Below are positions 12,760 through 23,873 of a stretch of DNA of 64,000 bases, piece by piece; position 1 is the stretch's first letter; each line of letters starts with the position of its first letter. A model generated the notes under the pieces. It searched no databases. It saw nothing but the letters and a program-made list of their open reading frames with translations, and had not been told where the DNA came from. Made by a program: the position numbers and the translations under genes. The stretch is taken from positions 1 to 64,000 of the forward strand of contig MU626286.1 of the NCBI GenBank assembly GCA_025603075.1, in the 5' to 3' direction. The DNA comes from Neoconidiobolus thromboides FSU 785. Taxonomy: Eukaryota; Fungi; Entomophthoromycota.

Positions 12760-14162
12760 TTATTCAATAGTATGAACTAATCCTTCATCTAAAAATAAAA
12801 AAGATAAAAAAACCAGTTGTTTAATTACTCAATATTAAAATTGAAATCCTTACCTCTCACTCCATTATAAACAAAATAATTATTAATTGGCATATCTTTT
12901 TGAGATACAATTTTAAGTGCTTCTTGAGCCATAATACCACCTAGAATTGCAGTACTTGGACTTAGTTCTCCTTGACAAAAAGTTATAACTTCTCTATAAA
13001 AAAACAAATTACTCTTAAATATTATTATATAAAATTATGATGAAATCTCACTTAATTTTTTCTTCAGAACATAAAGTGTTATAAACTTCATTAACTAACT
13101 TTGGTTGTAATTTGAATAAGTTATTGGCTTTGGATAAACTTAAAGTAGAAAAGGATTTGTAATCAGATTCATTTGATACTTTTGGTTTTCGGCCCATTTG
13201 AGTAGTGAAATGATGTAAAACTTAATATATAATTAATATTATAGTTTGTGATATAAATATAAATACTTACTTTGTATTAAAAACAAACTAGAAGAGTAGT
13301 TTCTTAATATCTGTTTTTTACTTTTTGATTTAATTGTTGTCGTTAATATGTCATCTAATGATTTATAATGTATATTTTTTTCAATTATTGTTTCATCTTC
13401 TTTATTTTGACTATTTTAATTTAAACAATAAGTTAAATGGTAAACTAATAATAACTAAAATATAAAACTTTACACGATAAACTCATGTTCCAATAAATCA
13501 AAAAATAAGTAACCATATAACCCAAACGTATTACCAGCTATATATTTAATATTTATATCTCTACAAAGTAAATTTATCTCTTTCTAGTATTAAAGAAAAT
13601 CCTTTTAATATATAAAATAACAAGACTTCTAAATAATAGCTTACCATTTCATCCAAAGTAGCATCGTTATGACATAATAATTGAACCCTTTCTAAGCTAT
13701 TCCTATCAAGTATTTCTTTTATTTCAATTGTTACTTTTGGATTCAATAGGCTTAACTTTTCAGCACATACTTCAGCTCTCTTTTTTTATTTTGAAAAATA
13801 AAAAATAAAAAATAAAAAATAAAAAATAAAAAATAATAAAAACCTTACCTTCCTCCCAATATCATTTATTGACAAATAAAAATTTGAGCCAATCTCATTT
13901 CCATCAACTTCTCTTTGATCAAATATAACTAATTTCCCGATACCAGCTAAAACTATGTTTTTCATTAATTCAATAGCTAAACCACTTGTGCCAATTACTC
14001 CTATGGTACTATTTTTCATTCTATTAAAGGTATTATGATAGTTTTAATTACATTGATATTAAAATATTACTTTTGTTGAGCTTGAAAACCCCAAACTCTT
14101 ATCTGACGATCATATAATGCTGCTTCATCCGCATTGATATGGTTATTATTAGGTTCCCCCAT
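12760..14162 (-). CDS. AOS1: SUMO-activating enzyme E1 subunit 1 (Aos1/SAE1); multi-exon
   Basis: DEAALYDRQIRVWG, GLAIELMKNIVLAGIG, GELSPSTAILGGIMAQEALK..SQKDMPINNYFVYNG. Last exon DEGLVHTIE* at 12760-12790. Confidence 0.88.
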
Positions 14163-14335
14163 CTCTATTTTCAAAATTATTCAAACTATTATGTTTATTG
14201 AAGTAGTAAATTAGAATTCATAATTTTGAGTAAATTCCTTAAAAATTTAAAATCTGATAACATAGCCAATCAACTCCCATTCCTGTAATACCAATAATTT
14301 TAACTTTATTGATTCCAATCTTCTTTAACTCAACA

Positions 14336-14602
14336 ATGTTAACTCAGCTTATTAAACATGGCGTTTCTTTAGCCATTCCTTTATCCAAACGTGTCTTTAA
14401 CAATAGTTTATCATTGTTACAAACTACTTTAGCTAATAGACCAACATTATTAAAAAAATCAATTGAATTACCTTCTATTCGTGGCTATAAAGTTCGTTCT
14501 TCATTAAAAAAAAGGTGTGAACATTGTTACTTTGTTCGTCGTAGAAAGCGATTGTTTGTTATTTGTAAAGAGAACCCAAAACATAAACAACGTCAAGGTT
14601 AA
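14336..14602 (+). CDS. RTC6: Mitochondrial ribosomal protein bL36m with targeting peptide
   Basis: C-terminal [38 protein letters not shown] is the L36 signature. First ATG at 14336. Confidence 0.93.
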   Translation: MLTQLIKHGVSLAIPLSKRVFNNSLSLLQTTLANRPTLLKKSIELPSIRGYKVRSSLKKRCEHCYFVRRRKRLFVICKENPKHKQRQG

Positions 14603-14767
14603 GGGGGCTAGAGTTTTATGAAGTATTATTAAAATATAATAGAAGTTATCTTTTTGCTTTTAGATTCATTATATTTTCAATTTTTTTAATAAAATTCCAG
14701 TCTATAAATTAAAAGTAACTTAACATAACAGCTTCTTTTATTAATATTAAGCAAAATTAATTTTGAT

Positions 14768-15769
14768 TTAGTTTAAATATTCCATCTCTTTATTTTTAAT
14801 AAGTTTAACAATCAACTGATTAGCATTCGTTTGAACTCCATATTTCTCACCTTGATTAACAATGAATTGATTAATATAATCTATCTCTGTCTGCCTCTTA
14901 TCCTCTAAATCCTGTAACATGGAACATCTATTGTCTTTTACTTTAGTAATAACATTACAAATTGACTCAAACAATTTTTCTTTATCTAATAAAATAGGAT
15001 CCGAAATGGTTGGTTTCATATTACTAAATACTTGAGCAATTTCATCACAGATTTCTTTAATTAATAAAATAGCTACTTGGTTATTTAATAACTCCCCATT
15101 TTTTATATGAAATAAAGAAGCTATTGGATTAATACAACAATTTACTGCTAATTTAAACAATAGTTTTTCTCTCATCAGCTTGGATTCAACTTGAGTTTCA
15201 ATATTCAATGGTAATTTTGATAACTCTTTCCAAACCTGTGACACTCTGTCTAAATCATTGTTCTTAAACAAAGGATCAAAATTGTAGTCAAGTAAACAAA
15301 AAGATGCCTCCCCTTGTGAAGCATGGTGTATAAGAAACAGGTCACTACTTTCTCTAAAACAACCATGGTTTGTAGTACCAATAATTAATTTTGGTGAAAA
15401 CTTCCAATCTTCGAATAGTTCTGTTAATTCCTCGATTACTCCCATTCCATTCTGCAATAAAATAAGCAAACTATCTGAAGTGACATTATCCCTTATTGAG
15501 TTTATAGCTGATAATGTATGATGCGCTTTAGTCGTTACTAATACATTCTCAAACTTTTCTGGGGACGATTTGGTTAGTAATTGTGAATCGAAGCCTGCGT
15601 AATTGGTTTTTTGACTGCTTTTTATGATACTTAATTTACTACCTTGGGATAGAAAATCATGATGGAGATTACTTCGACGGAATAATAAGGTTACTTTATT
15701 GCCTGATTTTAATAGTTGAGAACCAAATAAACAACCTATAGAACCAGCACCGAGGACGTGGTAATGCAT
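14768..15769 (-). CDS. PAN5: 2-dehydropantoate 2-reductase (ketopantoate reductase, PanE/ApbA family)
   Basis: VLGAGSIG Rossmann motif, TTKAH, LLQNGMG, KLAVNCCINP, SMLQDL...TEIDYIN. Confidence 0.93.
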   Translation of the reverse strand: MHYHVLGAGSIGCLFGSQLLKSGNKVTLLFRRSNLHHDFLSQGSKLSIIKSSQKTNYAGFDSQLLTKSSPEKFENVLVTTKAHHTLSAINSIRDNVTSDSLLILLQNGMGVIEELTELFEDWKFSPKLIIGTTNHGCFRESSDLFLIHHASQGEASFCLLDYNFDPLFKNNDLDRVSQVWKELSKLPLNIETQVESKLMREKLLFKLAVNCCINPIASLFHIKNGELLNNQVAILLIKEICDEIAQVFSNMKPTISDPILLDKEKLFESICNVITKVKDNRCSMLQDLEDKRQTEIDYINQFIVNQGEKYGVQTNANQLIVKLIKNKEMEYLN

Positions 15770-15903
15770 TTGGAGTTATGGATTAATTATTAAAAGAAAT
15801 GATATTATATTATTTAGGTTATTTAGGTTATTGATTGCTATTTTTAAAAATATTCATATAAAACTTATAAAGATTAATGAACTAAATTTAAAAGAAATTT
15901 ATA

Positions 15904-16008
15904 ATATGGGGATGTTTTTTTTGATTTCATTATTTTTCCATTTTTAAGCGCTATTTGAGTGGAAAGACTGTTAATAAAATTCCTAAACACGAAAAAACGT
16001 CCCCATAT
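15904..16008 (-). mobile_element. MITE copy 5 (reverse orientation)
   Basis: ATAT-GGGGATGTTTTTTT...ACGTCCCC-ATAT; reverse-complement core. Confidence 0.9.
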
Positions 16009-16049
16009 CATACGTTTTAAATTTAATAGCCTACAGTAATTCTACTAAT

Positions 16050-16155
16050 AAATGGGGACGTATTTTTGTGTTTAAGAATTTTACTAACAATTTTTCAATC
16101 AAATAGCGCCTAAAAGATGGAAAAAATAACGAAGCCAAAAAAAACACCCCCAAAT
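16050..16155 (+). mobile_element. MITE copy 6
   Basis: AAAT-GGGGACGTATTTTT...ACACCCCC-AAAT; direct AAAT duplication. Confidence 0.9.
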
Positions 16156-16382
16156 ACTCGGTTATTAAAAGTTATTTTTCAATAATAACACTAGCCTTAG
16201 TATTAACATTAAATTGGTATTTTAATAACTGGCATAAAACAACCATGGCTTATTTTATATTTATTTTAAACCATACACTAGTATTACTTACTTAGACTAG
16301 GGTATTGTAAGAGCTGGTGTTAAAATTGGGATTAAGGCAAGTTTAAATAGCTGTTTTTTCTCTTGGAAGTCCGAAGCCTTAA

Positions 16383-16489
16383 GTATGGGGATGTTTTTTC
16401 TAGTTTCACCATTTTTTCCATTTTTTAAGTGCTATTTGAGCAGAAAGATTGTTAGTAAAATTCTTAAACCAAAAAATATATCCCCGTAT
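16383..16489 (-). mobile_element. MITE copy 7 (reverse orientation)
   Basis: GTAT-GGGGATGTTTTTT...ATATCCCC-GTAT; direct GTAT duplication. Confidence 0.9.
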
Positions 16490-17018
16490 CTTGTTATCTA
16501 AAAAAGTCTCAGTATCTAAGTTACAGAAATTAAGGGATTAGACTATTAGAAGGTACCGACTGGTAAGGTAAAAACGGTGCCCGATAATTCACCACCTTTA
16601 GAAAATATAGATATATGAAGTGAGATCCACTTTATTTGTGCTTTCCAGATATTTTTCGATATAATAGGAAGAAATATGGAGCTAAAAGATAAGTGATTTT
16701 TACTAGATGACTCATATAAGGGGTTTTTATTGATACTTATTTTTTATAATCATATAAAATGAATAAAAGGCAATTCCAATCAGTTATTATAAAAATAATT
16801 TATTGCATTTTTGTATTTATTTTTTAAAATGATTTATTGACTTTAAAAACTCATAAGAAAATAAAACTATAAAATTAAAGTGATATGTAATAGGATTGAG
16901 ACATGTAAACTTAAATATGGTATTGTTTTTAATCTTATTAGTCTAGAACGCATATGTTTAAATTATTAGATTATAAAAGTTTATCATCTAACCACAAGGT
17001 CAAGAAAAGGTTGAATAG

Positions 17019-17097
17019 AGCTGGGGATGTATTTTTGTATTTAAGAATTTTAATAACAATTTTTCCACTCAAATAGCGCTTAAAAATATCCCCATAT
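17019..17097 (+). mobile_element. MITE copy 8, internally deleted, 37 bp past the stop of secreted paralog B
   Basis: GGGGATGTATTTTTG...AAATAGCGCTTAAAAATATCCCC-ATAT; ~25 bp of the 3' interior is missing. Confidence 0.85.
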
Positions 17098-17134
17098 AAT
17101 AAATCTTAATGTGTTTATTCAAAAAAGTATAAAA

Positions 17135-18253
17135 TTAAAATAATTTTTTGATAGATTTAGAAATTTCCTTCCAGTTATCTTTAACATAGCCTTTTGCAAG
17201 TTCACTACTTTCTTTTAAGACTTGTTTACGCACTCCTCGAAGTATAACTGCTTTTTCATCATACTCAGCATCTTTATATTCAGCAAGGATCATTTCATCT
17301 GCAGTGGGTCCTAAAATAGCATTAGTAGTAGCAGCCAAAACTAAGCCTGCGTATGGAATAGCTGAAATTCCAGCAATTACAGCAGTTCTCATATAGTCTA
17401 AGGCCTTGTTATTGTAAGCTAACTCAGAAGCGTTAATAAAATTTAAATTATACAAGCATGAAGCCACACTAGATGCAGGATACTTTTCACCACTATTAGC
17501 ACAATAATAACCACGTCTAACTTCTCTCTTCTTACCACCAGGCGCACACTCTAACTTAGTGGTAGTCATGGTATTCAATCTAAAGCAATTACTAAAATCA
17601 TATTTCATAGAAGCGGTTCGTAAAACATCGTTGGCTAGAAGACATACTTTATCAATAGATAACACTTGGGTATCAGATTGGATTGTTTGAGTGTTCTTCT
17701 TATATATACCAGTATTGTTTAAAATTCTACCTACTATCTTTTCAGTCATTAGAATTTCAAAAACTTGACGATAGCTGTCATCATCTGGATGCACATTATC
17801 CATTGGGATAATAATTGATTTTATACCCTGACGTAAGTCCACAGTAATATAGTTTCCAGTTCCAACTGGAGGATTAAAATAAAGATAATCTCTTTCCTTA
17901 TTTGTTGATGAAATCTCATGTTGAATTAAAGTTGGTAAAGCAGTTGAATCCGAAGCAGCTGCTAAAAAAGCATCAGTACAATATTGACGACTGAATGTAC
18001 CACAATCATGTGAAGGACGAAAACAACTCTTTCCTTGGTACCAAGCGTTTGCAGCCTCTACTCTAGCTCTTGACGTGAATAGACTACTATATATTGCCTC
18101 ACAATTACGCTGATACTTTGGTGATATATCAACTTCAAACCATGCGGTGTTAGGTTTAAGACCTCGGCAATTTGCATCTAAGTAAGTTAACCCAAGGGGA
18201 TTTTCGCTTAATGTAGTAGCAATAAAAAAGAATAGAGATAAGGTAAAAAACAT
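17135..18253 (-). CDS. Secreted Cys-rich protein of unknown family, paralog B (372 aa, intronless)
   Basis: Signal peptide MFFTLSLFFFIATTLS. Collinear with paralog A, with all ten Cys conserved and a near-identical C-terminal ~90 aa. Confidence 0.9.
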   Translation of the reverse strand: MFFTLSLFFFIATTLSENPLGLTYLDANCRGLKPNTAWFEVDISPKYQRNCEAIYSSLFTSRARVEAANAWYQGKSCFRPSHDCGTFSRQYCTDAFLAAASDSTALPTLIQHEISSTNKERDYLYFNPPVGTGNYITVDLRQGIKSIIIPMDNVHPDDDSYRQVFEILMTEKIVGRILNNTGIYKKNTQTIQSDTQVLSIDKVCLLANDVLRTASMKYDFSNCFRLNTMTTTKLECAPGGKKREVRRGYYCANSGEKYPASSVASCLYNLNFINASELAYNNKALDYMRTAVIAGISAIPYAGLVLAATTNAILGPTADEMILAEYKDAEYDEKAVILRGVRKQVLKESSELAKGYVKDNWKEISKSIKKLF

Positions 18254-18836
18254 TTGATTTTTTGAATATTATTGACACCTTTTGATATGTTTATATATTT
18301 TTTGAAAGACTGGTAAGTACTTAATATAAAATGAAGATTAATTATAATTTTATGCTTATTATCTAATGTATTGATGAACATGAATAAATGAATAATAAAC
18401 TGAATAATAAACTGAATAATAAACTGAATAATTCCCTTGATAGCTTTTTTTGCAATATTGAATAAAGATCAAAATAGTATAGGTGAATATATTTTTTAAA
18501 TATTTGTATGTATAATCTAATAAGACTTTTACTTTAACAATAATTTTTGTCCCATTAAAATTCTATTAATTTTATTCATTTATTTATTTTAAATTATTTA
18601 GGTTTCTAATATTTTCAATAATTGAAATATTATACTGACTATATCAAATCAATTTTATCACTTATATAGTCTCCTGATGTTACTTATTAATATATAGGAA
18701 CTTAATAAACGATACTGCTGAATATTATATAGCTAATATTTGAACCAAATTTATTAGTAAAATTTAAGTTTATAATACAAGCATAAATTATTGAACTTGA
18801 AAATGATATATTTTTAAAATTTACAAATAAAAGCTT

Positions 18837-18955
18837 GCATGATTTTTCCAGTTATAAATTAAGCTATGGAACCACATTCAGTGTATTTATTATTTTAGGT
18901 TTGATTGATTTAAAGAATACAAAACATGGGTACTGTGATGATGTTCAGGAAAGAA
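18837..18955. repeat. Diverged copy of the upstream segment seen at 1-120 and 4525-4645
   Basis: TGCATGATTTTTCCAGTTATAAATTAAGCTATGGA...TTAAAGAATACAA aligns with the other two copies. Confidence 0.7.
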
Positions 18956-19006
18956 CCTAATGTAAAGGGTGTCAATTTATGTTGATTTGTAATTTGATAA
19001 ATAAAG

Positions 19007-19111
19007 ATATGGGGATGTGTTTTTTCGTTTAAAAATTTTGCTACAATCTTTCCACTCAAATAGCGCTTAAAAAATGGAAAAATAATGAAACTAAAAAAAA
19101 CAACCCCATAT
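19007..19111 (+). mobile_element. MITE copy 9
   Basis: ATAT-GGGGATGTGTTTTT...ACAACCCC-ATAT plus family core. Confidence 0.9.
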
Positions 19112-19369
19112 ATTAAATATGTAAAAATTGATTTTAAAATTATAAATATTGGATTTAGAGTCTAAAAGGACATATTGAATTTATTTATACTGGTAATGAT
19201 TTTAATAAGACAAATTAATGGAAATTTTACTTTATGTATTTATAGCATAATCAACTCAATAGATTCTTATTATCCCAACAAGTTTCTGTACAGCTAGTTT
19301 AAATTTGCTTACATAGTTTGATCTAGAAGCACCTAAGGATACATAAGCATTAACATGAAGAAATTATAT

Positions 19370-19929
19370 AATATTTGAATGTAATTCTCCCAACTTTTTC
19401 CAAATACCGTCCTGCTCTTAATGTATTATTCATAAATAGAGGATCAAGGATAGGGTTGGCTAAGCAAGTGGTTACTTTCCTTGATGAAGTATAATGAGTC
19501 ATGAACGAGTCACCATCTTCTCTAATGTAACCATGATTAGTAGTACTTGTAATTAAACTCGGCGCTAACCCTTAAGTATAGAAAAACTCTATCGATTTTT
19601 CTATGGCATCAATCCTACTTCATAATAAATATTTATTTGAAGTAGTATTTTTTTAATAGAGTTTACAACTGATGATGTATGATGAGTTTTGTTACTTGCT
19701 AATATATATTGAAAAGGCTGTGAGGGGAGTTCGTTAATTAATTGAGAATTGAGGCCTGTAAAACCAAGTGAACTTTTTCTTTTATGATACTTGATTTATT
19801 TTCTTGGAGTTGGAAATCACGATAGAGATTATTTAGGCCAGATAATGAAGTCATTCCATTAGCTGTTTTTAATAGGTAAGAGTCAAATAAATGGTCTATA
19901 GAACTTGCACTAAGGAAATGGCAATGTAG
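19370..19929 (-). pseudogene. Ketopantoate reductase pseudogene 1 (5' ~60%, stops and frameshifts)
   Basis: Minus-strand translation LHCHFLSASSIDHLFDSYLLK..TSTTNHGYIREDGDSFMTHYTS..DPLFMNNTL matches intact MHYHVLGAGSIGCLFGSQLLK..IGTTNHGCFRESSDLFLIHHAS..DPLFKNNDL. Confidence 0.8.
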
Positions 19930-20394
19930 TTAGAGTTACAGATTGGTAAGTAAAGGAAATGACACTGCTTTTTTATTTTATTTAGGCTATTTAACATTTT
20001 TAAAGATATTCATAAAATTTGTAAGATTGACATACACTTGATAGAGGTTGATGACATAATACAAACCTGGATATAATTTTGGGAACTATATAAGTTGAAC
20101 GAAATAAAATAAAATAAAAAATGATTAAATATTATAATACTGCTAATTAAAAGCAACACCAATATCAGTTTCAATGTCAGTGGTAAACTAGTATTTTAAT
20201 AATTTGTATGAATTAAGCACCGATCATTTTATACTCATATCAAACCATACTCTAACTTGGTTGATTTTTAAATTAGGATTAAGATTAGAATCACAATTAA
20301 GGGTAGATTATGTGTTTATTAGTAGTATTTAACAATAGTATAAGGCTTATAATAAAATCATCTATCAATATTAATAAAATTCTAGCTAGGTTTT

Positions 20395-20515
20395 TTACCT
20401 TTTGCGATGATCTATCAACTTTAAGATCTTAACAATTTTTATCCAAATAAATTAAACCAAATGGGCTTTCACTTAATGTGGTGGCAATAAAAAATAAGAA
20501 TAGACTTAGAAACGT
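20395..20515 (-). pseudogene. Remnant of a third secreted Cys-rich paralog (N-terminus only; upstream homology extends to ~20950)
   Basis: Translation TFLSLFLFFIATTLSESPFGLIYLDKNC*DLKVD vs MFFTLSLFFFIATTLSENPLGLTYLDANCRGLK. ATG is mutated to ACG, with a premature TAA. 20520-20950 resembles 3900-4480. Confidence 0.8.
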
Positions 20516-21632
20516 TTAATTTCTTTGTATATTGTTGACAAATTTCAATTTTATTTATATACATTTTTTTAAGATACTGTAGATATTAAAATAATACAGA
20601 TAATTGTATTCTTTGAAAAATCGAATGGGCAATATAATAAGACTCTTGCTTTTAATAACTTATTTTTACACTATTAAGTATTTATTCTATTTGTTGCTTA
20701 ATTTGCATTTAGCAAATTTCTTTATAACACTGTAAAATTAGTCACAGTGCTTAAGTCATTCACAATTCTTTAGTTCTTTAATTCTCTAACTTTTTAATCC
20801 TTTGATCTTTTAATCCTTTCAATAGTTGAGTATCCTATTCATTAGATTAAACTCCCATTCTTTATCTGATTACCATCTGATATTTATTATTGAATTATGT
20901 AATATTTTAAATAATACTGTTGGAATGTTATTTAATTATTATTTAGACTAAATTAATTTACAAACTAAAGCTCAATTTTGAGTATAAATTTATATTGTTT
21001 ATCCAGAAAATGTAACTATTTTAATTAAAAATTATAAAATATATCAGGGCTCTTCAGAAACATCTTTTCTTTGTTAATAAGGATTAGTGATGGGGATATA
21101 GAATAGCATCAGCAAAGTATTACTACTCAGAAACAGTTATGTTTATGAAACAATCTTATATTTTTTAGATTGAGACTTAATGGCAACGTGTATTTTTTTA
21201 AACAGAAATTCAATTTGGTATTTCAAAAAGCTTCCTTGGGAAATTTTCAAATCACAATCTATCAAATTAGGAGTCTCAATAACCTCTCCACTATCAAGTA
21301 AAGTATTAAATAGCAGTTCTTCATTATTGAGACCAATCTATTTAATAGACTGGCGATATTAATAAAACTATCTAAAATATCATCAATTCGTAGTGGTAAA
21401 GTTTGCTCTTCTATTAAAAAAAGTATGAGCATTATTGTTTTATTTATCGTGGAAAACGTCTCTTTATTATCTGTAAAGGGATCCACAACATAAACAGTGT
21501 CGTAGTTAAATGATAAGATTGTTATTAAAAGTATTGTGAAACGTAATAAATCTTGTTGGTTTTTATTAGCTTTTTATATCTTTTTCTTTATCTCAAAGTT
21601 GTTTTTTAACTTATTCTATTCTGTAATCTTAA

Positions 21633-21736
21633 ATATGGTGATGTTTTTTTGGCTTCATTACCTTTTCCATCTTTTAAGCGCTATTAGTGGAAAAATTGTT
21701 AGTAAAATTCTTAAATACAAAAATACATCCACACAT
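21633..21736 (-). mobile_element. MITE copy 10 (reverse orientation)
   Basis: ATAT-GGTGATGTTTTTTT...ACATCCAC-ACAT; reverse core AAGCGCTATT..GTTAGTAAAATTCTTAAA. Confidence 0.85.
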
Positions 21737-21769
21737 GTTTTTATTAATATTTGACTAAGTCAATATATA

Positions 21770-22747
21770 TTTATCCTAAGCGATTTACCTCATTATTTAT
21801 AATAAGTTTACTAGTTAGTCATTGTATTTACTTCATATATTATACCTTAGTTAATAGTAAACTGACTAATGTAGTCAATTTAATTTCCCTTTTATTTTCA
21901 ATATCCTGGACATCGACCACTTATTACCCGTAGTTTTGATATCCTTATATATATTTTTAAATAGTTTATCAACATCTAACAACACAGGCCCAGAAACAAT
22001 AGGCCCCATTCTATTAAAAATTTGAGCAATCTATTCAGACTTCTTTAATCAATAGAATAGTAGCTTCATCATTTGGTAATTCCTACTTTCAATTTGAAAT
22101 AAAGCTGTAGAATTGATACAGCAACTAACAGCTAAATTGAACAATAGTTTATCCAAAGCCATAAGAAATTAACTTTAGTTTTGATATTCAATGGTATTTG
22201 GCTTGGATCTATCCAAGCCTCCAATTTGGTCTCTAAATTAATATTTATAAGCAGGAAGTTGAACGTGAAATCAAATGAGCAAAAGTTTGCTCTCTGTATG
22301 ATACACGATATGTTAAAAATGGGTCTTTATTTTGCCCAATACAGTAGTGGTTAGTAGTGCCTACTGTTACCCTCAGTGAGATTTTCCAAGTTTCTAATAC
22401 CTATATTAATTCTTTAATTACTCCTATCCCATTTATGTTACAAAATAAACAAACTATCTAAATCAATATTCTTTTTGATCAAGTTTGTGGCTGATATATG
22501 ATAGACTTTGGACATTATCAATATCTTTCTAAAAGTTTTTAACGGTAATTGATGCACTAATCGGTAATTGAAATCTATATATGCGAGTTAATGGCTTTCT
22601 TGTATAATACTTAGTTTGCTACTGTGGGATAGGAAATCATGATGGAATTACTTAGATGTAATAGTAAGTTGTTTTGTTACCGCTTTTTAATAAATGAGAA
22701 ACAAATAAATAACCGGAAGAACTAGCTCTCAAGATGTTTTAATGTAT
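21770..22747 (-). pseudogene. Ketopantoate reductase pseudogene 2 (essentially full length, heavily decayed)
   Basis: Collinear nucleotide similarity with 14768-15769 (e.g. TTGAGCAAT..TTCTTTAAT..TGAAATAAAG..TGCTAATTTAAACAATAGTTT; GATTTTTAATAGTTGAGAACCAAATAAA). No open frame. Confidence 0.8.
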
Positions 22748-22941
22748 TTAGAAATACAGATTAGTTATCAAAGTGGATGGCAATGTATTTTTATTTATGT
22801 TGATTTCAGGTTATTGATGATTTCGTAGGATTAAAATGCCAAATTTTAAAAATTAATGGATTATCCAAAAATGAATTAACATAAAATCAAATTATAGTCG
22901 TAATTTCAATTAATTTTTTATATAAATCTTTTGATTTAAAA

Positions 22942-23873
22942 ATGGCTGATATTGAAACTGAAGTTCAACAAGAGTTACCCACCATTGAAAAAATTGATGT
23001 TTATTATTGTCAAGGTAATAGTTAATCTAACTCAAATATCATTCTTAACTAATCTTATCATCTTACAGTCTGCACTCTTCCATCTGAAGTAAAACCTCAA
23101 TCATTCTTTTTTATGTATCAACTAACTAACTTAGTATTGCGAATATGGACCTACTTTCGAACGCTGTAAACAAAGTTTAAAGGAAGATAATAAGGAATTA
23201 TTTAATCAATTATATGGTACTGGTACAGTTATTATTTTATTTCTAACTTTGAACTTAAATTTCATTTTCATTAGACGATGCTCCCGATAGTACAACCAAT
23301 GTGGATAGTAGAGCTATAAGAAAAGGTAATAAATTGATACTAATTAAGGTTATAAAAGCTAAACTTGATATAAGCTGCTGAAAAAATTAAGAAAGAAGAA
23401 GAGAAAAAAGATGTAAGATTTTATTAAAAAAATCCATGAGTTGGTTTAATTGTATCCACTGTAGAAATCACGTATTACTATTAAACGTATCGAACGTAAT
23501 AAACGTAAATATATTACTTCTATTCAAGGTTTAGAAGTATTTGGTAATATTTTTATTTATTTATTTTAACCATATTAACTAATTTAACAAACAAAATTAA
23601 AGGCGTTGAGTTGAAAAAAGCAGCCAAATTATTTGCTAATAAATTTGCATGTGGTTCATCAGTAACTAAAACAGCTACTGGTCAAGAAGAGATTGTGGTG
23701 CAAGGTGATGTTTCTGAAGAACTTTTGGAATTAATTACCAAAACTTGGCCTGAGGTAAGGGATTTTTATCATAGTGATATATAATAGTTTTTATTCTTGT
23801 AATTTTTTTTTATTAGATTGAAGAAGATAAGGTGGACCTTAAGGAAGATAAAAAAGGAAAGAAAAGTTCTTAG
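22942..23873 (+). CDS. TMA22: Density-regulated protein DENR / Tma22 (SUI1 domain); multi-exon
   Basis: VYYCQ|VCTLPSE|YCEYGP zinc site; ITIKRIERNKRKYITSIQGLEVF; KKAAKLFANKFACGSSVTK; EEIVVQGD. Confidence 0.92.

Noticed and set aside
13794-13837. (AAAAAAT)n run in an AOS1 intron; also 13-bp x3 at 58329-58365 and 12-bp x3 at ~18392-18430
   Set aside because: These are ordinary slippage repeats with no further structure.
16560-16620. Possible DENR remnant upstream of intact PAN5
   Set aside because: Only short, ambiguous matches (CCACC...AAAA..GAT) were found, which cannot be supported without an alignment.
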